Part shown: positions 1-13,218 of the stretch, piece after piece
Layout of the letters: each line of letters starts with the position of its first letter
Numbering within the stretch: the stretch's first letter is position 1
Assembly (NCBI RefSeq): GCF_006345805.1
Contig: NC_043018.1
Location: forward strand, 1,240,001 to 1,304,000
Source of the DNA: Octopus sinensis
Taxonomy: Eukaryota
Length of the DNA: 64,000 bases
Reading direction: 5' to 3'
Program-made: the position numbers and the translations under genes
Notes under the pieces: generated by a model
Told to the model about the DNA's origin: nothing
Seen by the model: only the letters and a program-made list of their open reading frames with translations
Databases searched by the model: none

Positions 1-2045
1 AAAGCAAAACAAAAAAACTGAAATTATTATTTCGTGAAGATTGTAGATAATGACATATTATATATACATATAGCCATTAGGGTAAAGTGTTCACAGAATC
101 ACGAAAAAAAATTAGCTTTTTTTAATCAAACTTAATTCAGATTTGCAAATTACAACAGACTAATATCCATTTACATTTAGGAAATTGTTCCAGCAATTTG
201 AAATACAATTGTACACACCAACTTAGATGTAATTTCAGAAACACACGCACACCTATACACGCGCGAATGCGCAAACACGTAAGTGGGCTTGACGTTCAAC
301 GCATTTTGAAAATTCTGAGAGAATGTGGCATATTTTCTCTTCAAATGTTGCCTCCCGGGGCACCTCTTAAAAGCTATCACTGGTCTGCAAATATTCTATA
401 GGTTTCTGTGCGTGTGTACAACATATATATAATTTAATGAAAAAAAGATTAAGAAAATAAGAAATTTCTGTTACACATTTTTAATTATAAGTTACAAATG
501 TTTGCGTACCAGCTCAATTGGTAACACAATTTACCCGTGTTGGAGAGGCACTTGCTCAGACTTATATCAAATTCGTGCTATCTCACTGTGCATCTATGAG
601 ACCTTATTGTTAGGAAAGTAACGGAGGAAATAAAAAGGAAAAATTTTAAAGTATGTATGCGGGATTTGTCTGCAGGGAAAACATATGGTGGATGATCAAG
701 GGGGTAGATACGTATAATGATAGGATGGAGATAGGGAAGAAAAAGGAGGAAAACGAATATAAGAAAGCGAAAGAGAACAACTGAGAAGGAAAAGTAGTAG
801 AAGAGGAAGAAAGTAAAGGGAAGAGGGAGAAATAAATACAGGGGGCAGTGGTGCATACAGTAAAACACTTAACCTAGTCGTATACTGGCTTTTTGTCAGC
901 GAGTAGAGAGAGACATTGTTACGAAAATTCGTCTCATGAAAGACGATGTATTTAACCACACACCGACATTAGTCGGCCACAACTAAAAGTGGAAAGATGA
1001 ATTAAATTGATAACTAGACAATTGTCCGGAGTCGAAGAATAAGGAAGTTAATGATATGTGGTGATGTGGGGGCAAATTTTTGTCCTTGGTGTGATTCGGC
1101 ACTGGGAGAGAGAGATATAAGTAGGGATAGAAAATGTCTACCAAACACAAAATATTTACACACACAGATCTACATATCAACGATAAACCGTGATAAGCTA
1201 TTTGAAAGAATGAAATACAAGACAAGGAAAGAGAGAAAAAGCAGACACCACGCGAACGACAGAACAATGAAAAGAATGGAATAATAGAAAGTAAAAACAA
1301 TCTGGCAAGAATGAATCTAAAAGATAAGAAAACTTGGGTGCCAGACATATGCATTCATAACCAAAGAAATGATGGTGGATGGTGGGAGGTTTGGCGTTTG
1401 ATTTGTTGGTAACTCTACGCGATCGGAATGGTAAATTGCCAGAAGGGTATTTCTCTAATGCTGACCGGCATTCTTATTCATGTTGTCAAGCTTCTTACGA
1501 TTTCCTTGTTCTAAGACGTTTGGAACAGGTTTGCAGACATGCTTGCGATATTTCTTTCTATATGTATATATATGTGTATGCGTTTGTATCTGTGTGTGTC
1601 ATATGTTAGTGTGTACAAATATACATTTTGTACATACACACATTCATATATATATATATATGTATATATGTATATAAAGCTATTGTATAGATATATGTAT
1701 ATACATGTAATATGTATATATATATATATATATACTAATATATATATATATATATGTAATGTATATAGATGTACACATCTTTATACATATCTATATGTAT
1801 ATATAATATATTTATATGTAAATATATGTATATATAATATATTTATATATAAATATATGTATATATATATTTATATATATATAATATATATATATTATAT
1901 ATATATATATATATATTTATATATGTAATGTATATATATTACACATCTATCTACATATTATATGTAGTATACTATATATTGAATATGTAAATATATGTCT
2001 AGATATATCTATCTATAAATATATGTATATATATATTTATATGTA

Positions 2046-2092
<47 letters not shown>

Positions 2093-3389
2093 CAACATAC
2101 ATACTCACAGGCACGCAAGCACACACACACTTTACGCATACGCGGTAATAGTAACACACGCGTATATATATATATGTATGTGTGTGTGTTTGTGTGTGTA
2201 AGCATACGTGCATGTAAAATAATATATATCTTCTTTGAGAAATGTGGAAATATCGATAGGCTGATTGAAAAGAAAAATTACGCAGAATAAACAGGAGAGG
2301 TAGATACTGGAGTCCGTGGAATGATCTGCGAGAAAGAATTTTATACTGTTCTGCGAGAGAAAGAGAGATATAAAGAGAGAGAGAGAAGGTAGAAATATAT
2401 AGAGACAGAGATGGAGGAGGGGGGGGAGAAGGAGCTTTATGAGAAATAGTTGAGAAGAAAGAAGATAGAAGTCGAGGTAGAGAATGGAAATGACAGGTAA
2501 TTATGCAGTGATCACTTTATCATAACAGACAACAATGAATTCCATGCATCTCACAAAATTGCTAAGATATAAGATATAATAGGCTTCCATTACATCCGTT
2601 TGTTCAGTTTACATACTTATACTATATGCACACTTACACGCACACATCTATGATAAAATATATGTTATATATATATATATATTATATATATATATATATA
2701 TTATCATAGCATGTTTACACACACACACCACAACTAATATATAGATGCATGTGTATATAATTAATTACTTGTAGGATTCGTTTGAATCAAAGTATTTTAA
2801 TATTCAGGATATCAAGCGAGGGAAAACATCTGCACATCGGTGTATATATACACTATGTGAATGGATTCGTATATACCCATGCATATCCGGACATATATTT
2901 ACACTTATATATGCATGAACATGTACACACAAATATACACATATACTTTAAAATAAATGTATATGAAAACATATACACTTGCCTCCCCCCCTCGGACATA
3001 CAGATTCTCAATCCAACATAGATAACGTTCCCAATATGGTGTTTACAAAAATACGAAACGCAAATGTATTAAAGTTGCACTACAGCTGTTTCAGAGCCGT
3101 TTATCATTGATGAATAATTCGATTACATTTTGAAGAAATAACTTTTACTTCACAGGAAATTTTCAAAATTTGATTTTGGGAAATAAAATCACGATCAGTT
3201 AGAAATGTAAAATTCAACCAAAAATCCAGCAATTTCTAACACACATTACACATACTGAACCTTTCAAAACATCAACGAACATGTTTATTAAAGCAGAAAA
3301 AAAAACAAGAAAAAATACTTATGTAGAAAACAACCAAACAACAACAAATTACTAACCGATAACGTGACTAAAACACACATGAAAAAAAA

Positions 3390-4410
3390 AGAAATATCCA
3401 CAAAAATAGAAGACAATATAGAAAAGCTTATCCAAGAAAATCCTTCTTTAATTCCGAAAGACCATAAAATAGCTTGACGTAAAATCCTGGCTTAAATCTC
3501 ACCATATGCGAAATAAGGATTATTAATAAATCCTAATTAGATAATATTATACGTCATATCAGAGCATACTAAAATCTTACTCAATGGATAATCAGTAATG
3601 CAATTATTGAAACGTTTCAGAAAATAGATGATAGACCCAAATGCAAGTTTATAGAATTCAATATCGTAGATTTCTACCCCTCGATCTCCAAAAGCTTACT
3701 TCAGGGGGCACTTGAATTTAGTAAAATATATGTCACTATAATGCAAGGAAGTCATCACTTTTTTTACGATAATTCCTATTGGGTAAAAATAACGAATACT
3801 GACGAGATATTTGATGTGGCAATGGGGAGCTATGACGGTCCAAGTATAGCTGACCATGTAGACCTTTATATCTTAGATACCCGTAAATAAAGAAATTACA
3901 GAATTTAACATAGGTTTATATATGGATGATAATCTAGGAGTAGTATATAATGAAAACGGACATGATATGGATAGAATAAAGAAAAAATTGTGCAAAATAT
4001 TTAGCCAAACGCAATTAATTATGACGGTCCAAATATGTGACCATGTAGACCTTTATATCCTAGATACTCTTAAAAAAAGAAATTAAAGAATTTAACATAG
4101 GTTTATATATGGATGATAATCTAGGAGTAGTATATAATGAAAACAGACATGATATGGATAGAATAAAGAAAAAATTGTGCAAAATATTTAGCCAATCACA
4201 ATTAATACAAACCTTAAAGAAGTCAACTTCCTAGACATTACTATGAATCTTAACAGGAAAATTTAAACCCTATGCGAGATAAAACAGGAAGTCTCGTACA
4301 TAGACATAAGTCCCAACCACCCACCTGCATCAATTAAACAAATGAGTAACATCATTAGCAGGTGCGTCTCCAATTTATCCACTGGCAAAGACACTTTAGA
4401 AAAAAACTGC
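3390..4410 (+). mobile_element. Penelope-like element (PLE), decayed reverse transcriptase fragment
   Basis: Frameshifted translation gives KCKFIEFNIVDFYPSISKSLL, FDVAMGSYDG, IGLYMDDNLG (YxDD), KEVNFLDITMNL and NHPPAS, a motif series typical of PLE RTs; contains an internal ~189-bp duplication. Confidence 0.85.
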
Positions 4411-4416
4411 CCCATG

Positions 4417-4847
4417 GGTGCAGGAGTGGCTGTGTGGTAAGTAGCTTGTTTACCAACCACATGGTTCCTTGTTCAGTCCCACTGCGTGGCATGTTGGGCA
4501 AGTGTCTTCTACTATAGCCTCGGGCCGACCAATGCCTTGTGAGTGGCTTTGGTAGACGGAAACTGAAAGAAGCCCGTCGTATATATGTATATTAATATTA
4601 TATATATATATATTATGTGTGTGTGTGTGTGTGTGTGGTGGGTGTTTGTGTGTCTGTGTTTGTCCTCCTAGCTTGCTTGACAACCGATGCTGGTGTGTTT
4701 ATGTCCCCGTTACTTAGCGGTTCGGCAAAAGAGACCGATAGAATAGTACCGGGCTTACAAAAGAATAAGTCCCGGGGTCGAGTTGCTCGATTGAAGGCGG
4801 TGCTCCAGCATGGCCGCAGTCAAATGACTGAAACAAGTAAAAAAAGA
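4417..4847 (+). mobile_element. tRNA-derived SINE, family B, full length with internal (TA)n(TG)n
   Basis: Head with A/B-box-like TGGCTGTGTGG...GTTCAGTCC, CORE-like TTGGGCAAGTGTCTT, tail GGTGCTCCAGCATGGCCGCAGTC...GAAACAAGTAAAA; multiple copies in window. Confidence 0.9.
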
Positions 4848-5125
4848 GTATATTATAAGGCCACCCAATAGTAATGTAGCTTGATTCATTGATTCATTTT
4901 TTATTTACGTGAATTTACGGAATATCCCCGTGAACTAAATGAGGCTGTTTTCCAAAATAGAGGCGAACACCTTTCTCCATATGATCGGCTTTATAAATGC
5001 TTATGTCACTAAGATATTTTCCTACTTTTTTTAACACAAAGCTAATGGTAAATTTAATTCGCAAATAAAGAAATTATATACACCAATTCGGTGTTGAGCA
5101 CTAATTTTCAACGTTCGACATTGCA

Positions 5126-5159
<34 letters not shown>

Positions 5160-5162
<3 letters not shown>

Positions 5163-5340
5163 TAAAGTTTACGAAAAAAACAACAACAAAAGACGAAGAC
5201 AGGTGCTGTACAAAACAAACAGGTGTATTAGTATAACGCTGAGGAATAGCAAAAGTCTTTTACGTTTCGAGCCTACGCTCTTCTACAGAAAGAGACACAG
5301 AAAAAAATAAGGAGAGAAATAAGGAGAGAGAAAAAGGAGA
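5160..5340 (-). repeat. PLE terminal-repeat-like fragment carrying a minimal hammerhead motif
   Basis: Contains the hammerhead-like motif at 5256-5293 and is bounded by (TA)n tracts; the PLE link is inferred from the known PLE-hammerhead association. Confidence 0.5.
5256..5293 (-). ncRNA. Minimal type I hammerhead-like ribozyme (variant core CUGUAGA)
   Basis: Minus strand UCUUU-CUGUAGA-A-GAGC(GUAG)GCUC-GAAA-CGUA-AAAGA: 5-bp stem I, 4-bp stem II, palindromic ACGU stem III, GUA triplet. Confidence 0.55.
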
Positions 5341-5382
<42 letters not shown>

Positions 5383-5385
<3 letters not shown>

Positions 5386-5585
5386 TATTTGTGTCTGTGT
5401 TTGTCACGCCATCACCGCTGTTGTGTTTACGTCCCTGTAACTTACCGGATCGGCAAAAAAAAAGTGCTTAGGGGTCCTAGGCTGCTAAAAGAAAAGTTAC
5501 GGGGTCGATTCTTTCGAATAAGACCCTTCGAGGCTGCGCTCCAGCATAGCCTAAGTAAAATGAGTGAAACAAGTAAAAGAATAAA
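5383..5585 (+). mobile_element. SINE B, 3' half (degenerate)
   Basis: GTGTCTGTGTTTGTC...GTGTTTACGTCCC...CCAGCATAGCC...GAAACAAGTAAAAG. Confidence 0.8.
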
Positions 5586-5594
5586 ACAATACAG

Positions 5595-5684
<90 letters not shown>

Positions 5685-6342
5685 TACAGTGTGTCAGGAA
5701 TATTTCAGTAAAATTCTTATTACTCTGAGAGTATCGAAGAAAATCAAACGAAATTTATAATGAATAAATAATGCAAACAGTATAACAGTATACACATTTG
5801 GAACACAAAACAATTAACATTTTCAAAGATATAAACAAAATATTAATATTCAAACGTTACAAAAATATGTACGCCCTAAAGGAAATTTGCTATATTCAAT
5901 ATTTTATACATTTATATTTTTTATCAATCTCAGATATTGCTGATAATTTCAGTTCTAAGAAATTATTTCTTCTGGCATTTTTGCACCGGTCATTGTTATT
6001 GTATCTGCAGGAATTCTGATTTTGTACCCTGATGAAAATTTTCATTGTGATTAAAATGGTACTAAAATGAAAAGAATTGTCTGAAGATTTGAAGAAAACT
6101 AAGAATGGTTTAGGGTACAAGTTAATCATCAAACTATTACATATTAGACTTAACACAGTTGCCAATGTAATTCAGAAGTACAAAGCTACTGGACGGTTAA
6201 GCAATGAACCTGATCCAGGTCGTCCTTCTATTTGAACTGCGCGTTATATACGCCACATCCAACGTTACGTGATGAACGACAGGCGTTGTACAGCTTCTTG
6301 TGTAGCCTAAGAAGTGTCTTCTGTTAGTGGAAAGAGTGTAAG
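5685..6342 (+). mobile_element. Tc1-like DNA transposon, 5' end with transposase N-terminal relic
   Basis: TA|CAGTGTGTC terminus; 6055-6342 reads KELSEDL..GLGYKLIIKLLHIRLNTVANVIQKYKATG..PGRPS..RRCTAS (paired-like HTH); truncated by a SINE. Confidence 0.75.
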
Positions 6343-6572
6343 TTACGGGGATGTAAACATACCAGCATTGGTTGTCAAGCGATGTTGTGGGACAAAGACA
6401 GACACACAAACACACACACATATATACTTACACATATATACGACGGGCTTCTTTCAGTTTCCGTCTACCAAATCCACTCACAAGTCTTTGGTCGGCCCGA
6501 GGCTATAGTAGAAGACATTTGCCCAAGGTGCCACACAGTGAGACTGAACCTGCAACCATGTGGTTGGTAAGC
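6343..6572 (-). mobile_element. SINE B, partial
   Basis: Reverse complement of the SINE B head and middle. Confidence 0.85.
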
Positions 6573-7104
6573 AGAAACATTTATGCGAAAAGAACGTTAA
6601 TTAGAAATGTCTTTAACACGTCGAACAAAATCCTTAGCAATATGTCATCAGTCTTTACCTTCGAAAGTTCAAATTCCACCGAGTTCTAGGTTGCCCTTCT
6701 CATTTAAGTTGCATACAGGGGGTAGGAAGTCGATGTAACCGACCTCCACACCCGTAAAAATTGCTTTCCTTATGCCAAAATAAGAAAAGAATATTATTGT
6801 TGTTGTTACAATTTTTGTTTGTGTTACTGTCATTATTGTTGATCTTAACGTCATTTTTATATTGTCATCGTCATCGTTGCTATTAAAATAACGATAAAAA
6901 TACATTTGTTTTACAATCAATTTTAGTTTTAAAAACCATAAGAATTATACTAGCAGGATTAAAAAACTAAATATGACATAAATTTTAAGACAAATCTTAT
7001 AGAATGTTAAATAGATAAAACTTTACATACGAAACTGAAAATATAAAATGAATCCATAAGAATAGCGCTTTTATGATTGTGACTACATACGTGTTTATCT
7101 TATA

Positions 7105-7500
7105 CTAGCAGTATCGCCCGGCGTTGCTCGGGTTTGTAAGGGAAATAACTATATAAGCATTTTTAGAGATGTAAAGTACAATAGCCATCTCAATATGGCT
7201 AACCACAAAGGTGGGGGTGTTACTGTAGCTTTTTACGTTCTGAGATTTAATAATACATTTTTAGAGAGTTACTTCCCTTATATATGCCAAAAATGCATTA
7301 AAAATGGGAAAAAATTATGGTAAATTTTTTTTAAATCGTAGACTCATCATAGACGCGCGCTAATACCCAGAAGGGCTCGATATAACTCACGACTATAAGA
7401 TACCCGGTTTTGGTTAAACTGCACCGCAAAATGTGGGAGGAGTTAGGAATCTAAATTGTAGGAGACAGACAGCACACAACCTCACTTGTATATATAAAGA
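7105..7500 (-). mobile_element. Non-autonomous Helitron (396 bp)
   Basis: Minus strand reads A|TC...CCCGAGCAACGCCGGG hairpin, 8 nt, then CTAG|T: canonical TC/CTAG termini, subterminal hairpin, AT insertion site, no TSD. Confidence 0.85.
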
Positions 7501-7705
7501 TTTCTACCGTTGTTTCAACATTTTAGCATAGGTCTACGTTGGAGTAACACGTCTAAATGTGTATGGCTGATTTTTGTGCTTCGATATTTCCACGACATTG
7601 CAATCATCTCTCTAAGTATAGCAATACCTATATCTGCAAACGTGTTTAAGGTATATATGTATGTGTTGACCAATGTGTTTCTATCGTGTGTTTATGTGTA
7701 CGTGT

Positions 7706-8104
7706 GGAGGCGCAATGGCCCAGTGGTTAGGGCACAGGACACGCGGTCATAGGATCGCGGTTTCGATTCCCAGACCGGGCGTTGTGAGTGTTTATTGAGC
7801 GAAAACACCTAAAAGCTCCACGAGGCTCCGGCAGGGGATGGTGGTGATCCCTGCTGTACTCTTTCACCACAACTGTCTCACTCTTACTTCCTGTTTCTGT
7901 TGTACCTGTATTTCAAAGGGCCGGCCTTGTCACTCTCTGTGTCACGCTGAATATCCCCGAGAACTACGTTAAGGGTGCGCGTGTCTGTGGAGTGCTCAGC
8001 CACTTACACGTTAATTTCACGAGCAGGCTGTTCCGTTGATTCGGATCAACCGGAACCCTCGTCGTCGTAACCGACGGAGTGCTTCCATTCCATTCCATTC
8101 CATT
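7706..8104 (+). mobile_element. tRNA-derived SINE family A, tail type 1, ending in (TTCCA)n
   Basis: GGAGGCGCAATGGCCCAGTGGTTAGGGC...GGTTTCGATTCCC head; homologous to 28820, 46596 and 56730. Confidence 0.9.
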
Positions 8105-8431
8105 ATGTGTACGTACTTTTCCAAGTGTGTATTTGCTGGCATGTGTCCGTAGGTGACTTTGCCTTAATGCGTTTGTCTCTGAGTGTATTTGCTTAATATT
8201 TTCACTGTATTCAGAGAATGGTATTTGCATTCTAAATGTGTATCTCTCTGCTTGTGTTCATATATTGACCATGTCTAAGCCTTCTTTGTATGAACAAGTA
8301 TGAAATATCTATAATATGCCTCACTGCGTGTATATCCATGTGTACATGCACAATTGTTTGTATAAGTATTTGGTTACATGTATTGTATGTATATATGACA
8401 AGCAAATATCTAAACATATATGTGCATGTAC

Positions 8432-8467
<36 letters not shown>

Positions 8468-8700
8468 CCAAATACATATACAAACAATATGTGTGTGTGT
8501 GTGTGTGTGTATCTACATATTTATTTATATTTATGTATATATCTTTATATATAAATATGGATGTGTGTATGTATATGTATATGTGTGTATTTATATGTAT
8601 GTATGTATATATATCTAAGGGGAGGGGTGTACATATACATATATACTTTCTTATACATATATTATATTAGTATATATATAATATATGTATATATATATGT

Positions 8701-8805
8701 GCGCATAGACGTAATTATATATATATATACGCGTCTGTGTTATATATATAGATATACGTATACAGATATGCATAGCATATATATATGTATATATGTGTGT
8801 GTATG

Positions 8806-8840
<35 letters not shown>

Positions 8841-9176
8841 TATATCAATATGCGGTCTGTCTGTGTGTATGCGTGTTGTGATTGTGCATATGCTCTTCAG
8901 TCTTTTTTCCCGCGTCCATTTGCATTATTATAGTTCTGGAATATTCCGGCTTTATCTTGAAGTATTCCAAAACGTATTAAACAAATCTTGTTTACGTTGT
9001 GTTGACTTAAACCAAATACAAAAGAAAAAAAATATCTCATTCCTTGTTTTTCTACCTTTTGTTTACGTTTCGTCGACTTTTTATAAATTTACAGTGATAT
9101 TCACACTTGTTGAATTAAAAATTACTGCACCATGAGAAATAAATCTGCACACATATGCATAAGGGCAAATAAACTA

Positions 9177-9231
<55 letters not shown>

Positions 9232-9979
9232 ATATATAATATATACTATCTATATATATATATATATAGTATCTGTCTCTTGAGTGTTTTTCCCCGTGTG
9301 TGTGTATATACATATATATATAATATATATATATAATTTCATTTATATGTATGTATATATATATATATATTATATATATATATTATATATATATTATATA
9401 TATAATATATATATATATATGTATATATATATGTGCGCATAGACGTATATATATATATATTATATTATATATATATATATATATTACGCGTCTGTGTATA
9501 TATATATATATTACGTATACAGATATGCTTATTATATGTATATATTAGCATATATATATGTATATATGTGTGTGTATGGATGTATATATATATATATGTG
9601 TGTGTATGTATATATATATATAAATATGCGTGTCTGTGTGTATGCGTGTTTGTGATTGTGCATATGCTCTTCAGTCTTTTCCCGCGTCCATTTGCATTAT
9701 TATAGTTCTGGAATATTCCGGCTTTATCTTGAAGTATTCCAAAACGTATTAAACAAATCTTGTTTACGTTGTGTTGACTTAAACCAAATACAAAAGAAAG
9801 AAAAATATCTCATTTTTGTTTTCTACCTTTTGTTTACGTTTCGACATTTTTATAAATTTACAGCGATATTTCACAATTGTTGAATTAAAAATTACTGCAC
9901 CATGAGAAATAAATCTGCACACATATGCATAAGGGCAAATACACTAGCATATATATATATATATATATATAGATATATA

Positions 9980-10019
<40 letters not shown>

Positions 10020-10111
10020 TACAATATATATATATCTATATCTATGTATCTGTCTCTTTGTGTGTTTTTCCCCGTGTGAAAGATATATATATCTTTATGA
10101 TGTGTTTGTTC

Positions 10112-10150
<39 letters not shown>
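8701..10150. repeat. Two-unit tandem duplication (~734-bp period) of unique plus (TA)n sequence
   Basis: 8701-9434 and 9435-~10150 are near-identical; differences include small indels. Confidence 0.9.
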
Positions 10151-10171
<21 letters not shown>

Positions 10172-10407
10172 GAGAGATGAATACAGAGATATATGTAGAT
10201 ACATACATATATACATATTTTGTGTTCTATTTTGTTGGCTACTAACTTACTGCGCCACAATATATGTAGAGATAAGAAGAGAGTGTGGGGAGAGAGTCGG
10301 TGAGCTGTGTGAAGCCGAGTGTTGCCTATTGTCGAGTGTAATTACAAGTATTGTGTATCTTGAGTAGGTCGATTTGCGAGGATGTTATTTATTATCCCGA
10401 TATATCG

Positions 10408-10809
10408 GCGCAGGAGTGGCTGTGTGGTAAGCAGCTTTCTTACCAACTACATGGTTCCTGGTTCATTCCCACTGAGTGGCACCTTGGTCAAGTGTCTTCT
10501 TCTATAGCCACGAGCCGACCAAAGCCTTGTGAGTGGATTTGGTGGACGGAAACTGAAAGAAGCCCGTCGTATATATGTATATGTGTGTGCGTGTTTGTGT
10601 GTATGTTTGTATGCCTTCATCGCTTGACAACCGATGTTGGTGTGTTTACGTCCCCGTAACTTAGCGGTTCGGCAAAAGAGATCGACCGAATAAGTACTAG
10701 GCTTACAAAGAATATGTCCTGGGATCGATTTGCTCGACTAAAAGGTGCTCCAGCATGGCCCCAGTCAAATGACTGAAACAAGTAAAAGAGTAAAAGAGAG
10801 AGTAAAGAG
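10408..10809 (+). mobile_element. SINE B, full length, 5-bp TSD TATCG
   Basis: TATCG at 10403-10407 and 10810-10814; the empty site is visible in the paralogous repeat near 11787. Confidence 0.92.
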
Positions 10810-11071
10810 TATCGTACGTCGAAGGTGCGATACAACAGTAGCGACGAGGATTCGAACCATAACACCACGGATGCAATAGTGGCGTCGAGATTTTCATCAG
10901 TACCGAAGTTTCGAACAATATTGAAACTGAAAGTAGCACCGAAATAGAAGAGTTACTGAAAACGGTCGTAAAACGAAATGAGCAAGCAGCAGAAAGCGGA
11001 AGCGCAGTAAAATGAAACTACTTGCTTTGGCAGGCAGGTAAGTCATTTTGATCCTCATTTTTACACATTCA

Positions 11072-11600
11072 TAATTCATTCGAGCTTTGGTGTTGGAGAA
11101 GACATTTACAGATTCCATGGACAGCGAGGCTCACCAATAGAGAAGTTCTTAAGCAGATCAGGACGAAAATATCACTAGAAGCTAGGATCACCATGCATAG
11201 ATTGGCATATTTTGGTCATATTATGAGGAGAAAATCCCTGGAGAAGGACATCATGCTCGCAATGGTCAGTGGCGAGAGAGGAAGAGGCCGACCAATGGAG
11301 AAGTTCTTAAGCAGATCAGGCCGAAAATGTCACTAGAAGCTAGGATCACCAAGCATAGATTGGAATATTTTGGTCATATTATGAGGAGAAAATCCCTGGA
11401 GAAAGACATCATGCTTGGAATGGTCAGTGACAAGAGAGGAAGAGGCCGACCAAGAACCCGCTGGCTTGACACCATCAAGAGTGATACCGGAATGGACATA
11501 GCCAATCTGAAAGAAGCGGCCCAGGTTAGAACTGACTGGAGGACACTGATCCATCGAGTGACCGAGAGTCGACTTCGACTGAGCAGATAGATAGATAGAT
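11072..11600 (+). mobile_element. RTE (BovB-like) LINE 3' fragment with internal duplication and (GATA)n tail
   Basis: NSFELWCWRRHLQIPWTARLTNREVL..YFGHIMRRKSLEKDIMLG..RGRGRPRTRWLDTIK..WRTLIHRVT, an RTE C-terminal signature. Confidence 0.92.
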
Positions 11601-11830
11601 GTATTTATATGTACCCCAATGTATTGATTTGTGTGTCCTTGTGATGTCTCCTCTTTATAAAGGCCATGTGCCTAAATCAAAGAAATAGAGCTGTGTAAGG
11701 ACGAGAGTTGCGTATTGTCCAGTGTAGTTACAAGTCTTGTATCTTGAGCAGAACGCTTTGCAAGGATGTTATTTATTATCCCGTTATATCGTACGTCGAA
11801 TGTGCGATACAACAGTTAGATATATAGATG

Positions 11831-11833
11831 CAA

Positions 11834-11906
<73 letters not shown>

Positions 11907-11960
11907 GAGATAGATAGATAGATAGATAGATATATAGATAGATAGATAGATAGAGTAGAT
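11831..11960. repeat. (GATA)n microsatellite
   Basis: Direct inspection. Confidence 0.95.
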
Positions 11961-12829
11961 AGATATGTTTCTCTTATTAGCCACACAGGGCTGCACACAG
12001 ACAGGACAAAATTACAAGGGAGCTTTTCTTTTGGATGTATGTAATAGGGGGTTTGGTTGTCGATCAAAAGGGATCGTAAATGGAAAGAAAGAGGACAAAA
12101 AAGGGGGGGGATAAAATAAAATTTAAAAAGGTGGGGGGAAGGAAAAAAAATGATCAGTAGGGATCGTTATCACAGAAAATAGATAGACAGAGGTAGTTAC
12201 ATCGTATGCATATACTTATTTGACATTGTACATATATATGTGGACATACATACATCACACACATGCACGCACGTATATATACACTCGCCACGTAGTTTCT
12301 TCTATGCCATTATTCAGAATTGTATCTGACTGCTTGATATTTTATTATACATAAAACCACACACACAATGTGTACACACACAGACACACTCATGTATATA
12401 AAGAGAGTGAGCGAGAGAGTGAAAGATATAGAGACAAGCAGACAGACAGATAGACAAAGATTGAGAGAGGAAGAGAGAGAGAAAGAGAAGTACACACATA
12501 AAGAAGTATTGCTAATTACCATTAACAGATTTTAGACCTGACAATCATTCGGATATCGCTAAATATCTCCAGGAAAATAGGCTGAAGCAGATATATGACC
12601 TATCAATCTCTCTTTGTACATGCTTAAGCCGATTATGAACTGACCTGAATGATGATCTGTGCTAAATCCATTAATCTCCATGAATATAACACTGCAATTC
12701 ATATAAATACGATTTGGAAGAAAGATAATAGAAGCAGATCCTGTTATGGTTAAACAAAACCTAACTAGTGGTTTGTGATTGTCATACACCTACAATCTGA
12801 TTAGTTGTGCTGAGATTATTTGTTTTCAG

Positions 12830-12894
<65 letters not shown>

Positions 12895-12950
12895 AGAGAG
12901 ATATTTGTGTGTATAAATATGTAAAAATATGTATATATATACATATATAT

Positions 12951-13007
<57 letters not shown>

Positions 13008-13218
13008 TAGATAGATATATACATATATATATATATACACATACATATATATTATATATATATATATACGTACACTCGCGCGCACACACTCACACATACA
13101 CACACACATGCTCACACACATACTGATACTAATATGAAGTAATGCAGCTCCTGCTAATAGTCGGTCGAAAAATGGAATAGTATGTATCATTGTGTTAATG
13201 GCAGATATTATAGAAAAC

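Larger units (their letters stand above)
10194..11814 (+). mobile_element. LTR retrotransposon remnant (two related LTR-like repeats, tRNA-Ser PBS) with nested SINE B and RTE
   Basis: 10302-10837 (excluding the SINE) aligns with 11688-11814, both ending GATACAACA; 10839-10858 TAGCGACGAGGATTCGAACC resembles the complement of the tRNA-Ser(GCU) 3' end. Confidence 0.6.

Noticed and set aside
3076-3112. Hammerhead relic (minus strand GAAACAGCUGUA)
   Set aside because: Core is AUGAUAA and stems I and II do not pair; at most a decayed relic upstream of the PLE
7706-7780. tRNA genes at SINE heads
   Set aside because: The tRNA-like heads continue into SINE bodies and lack an intact cloverleaf and terminator
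11013-11044. MKLLALAG followed by CAG|GTAAGT
   Set aside because: Lies within the LTR-element internal region; no independent exon evidence
12520-12630. RPDNHSDIAKYLQENRLKQIYDL segment
   Set aside because: Protein-like but no donor site and no recognisable domain
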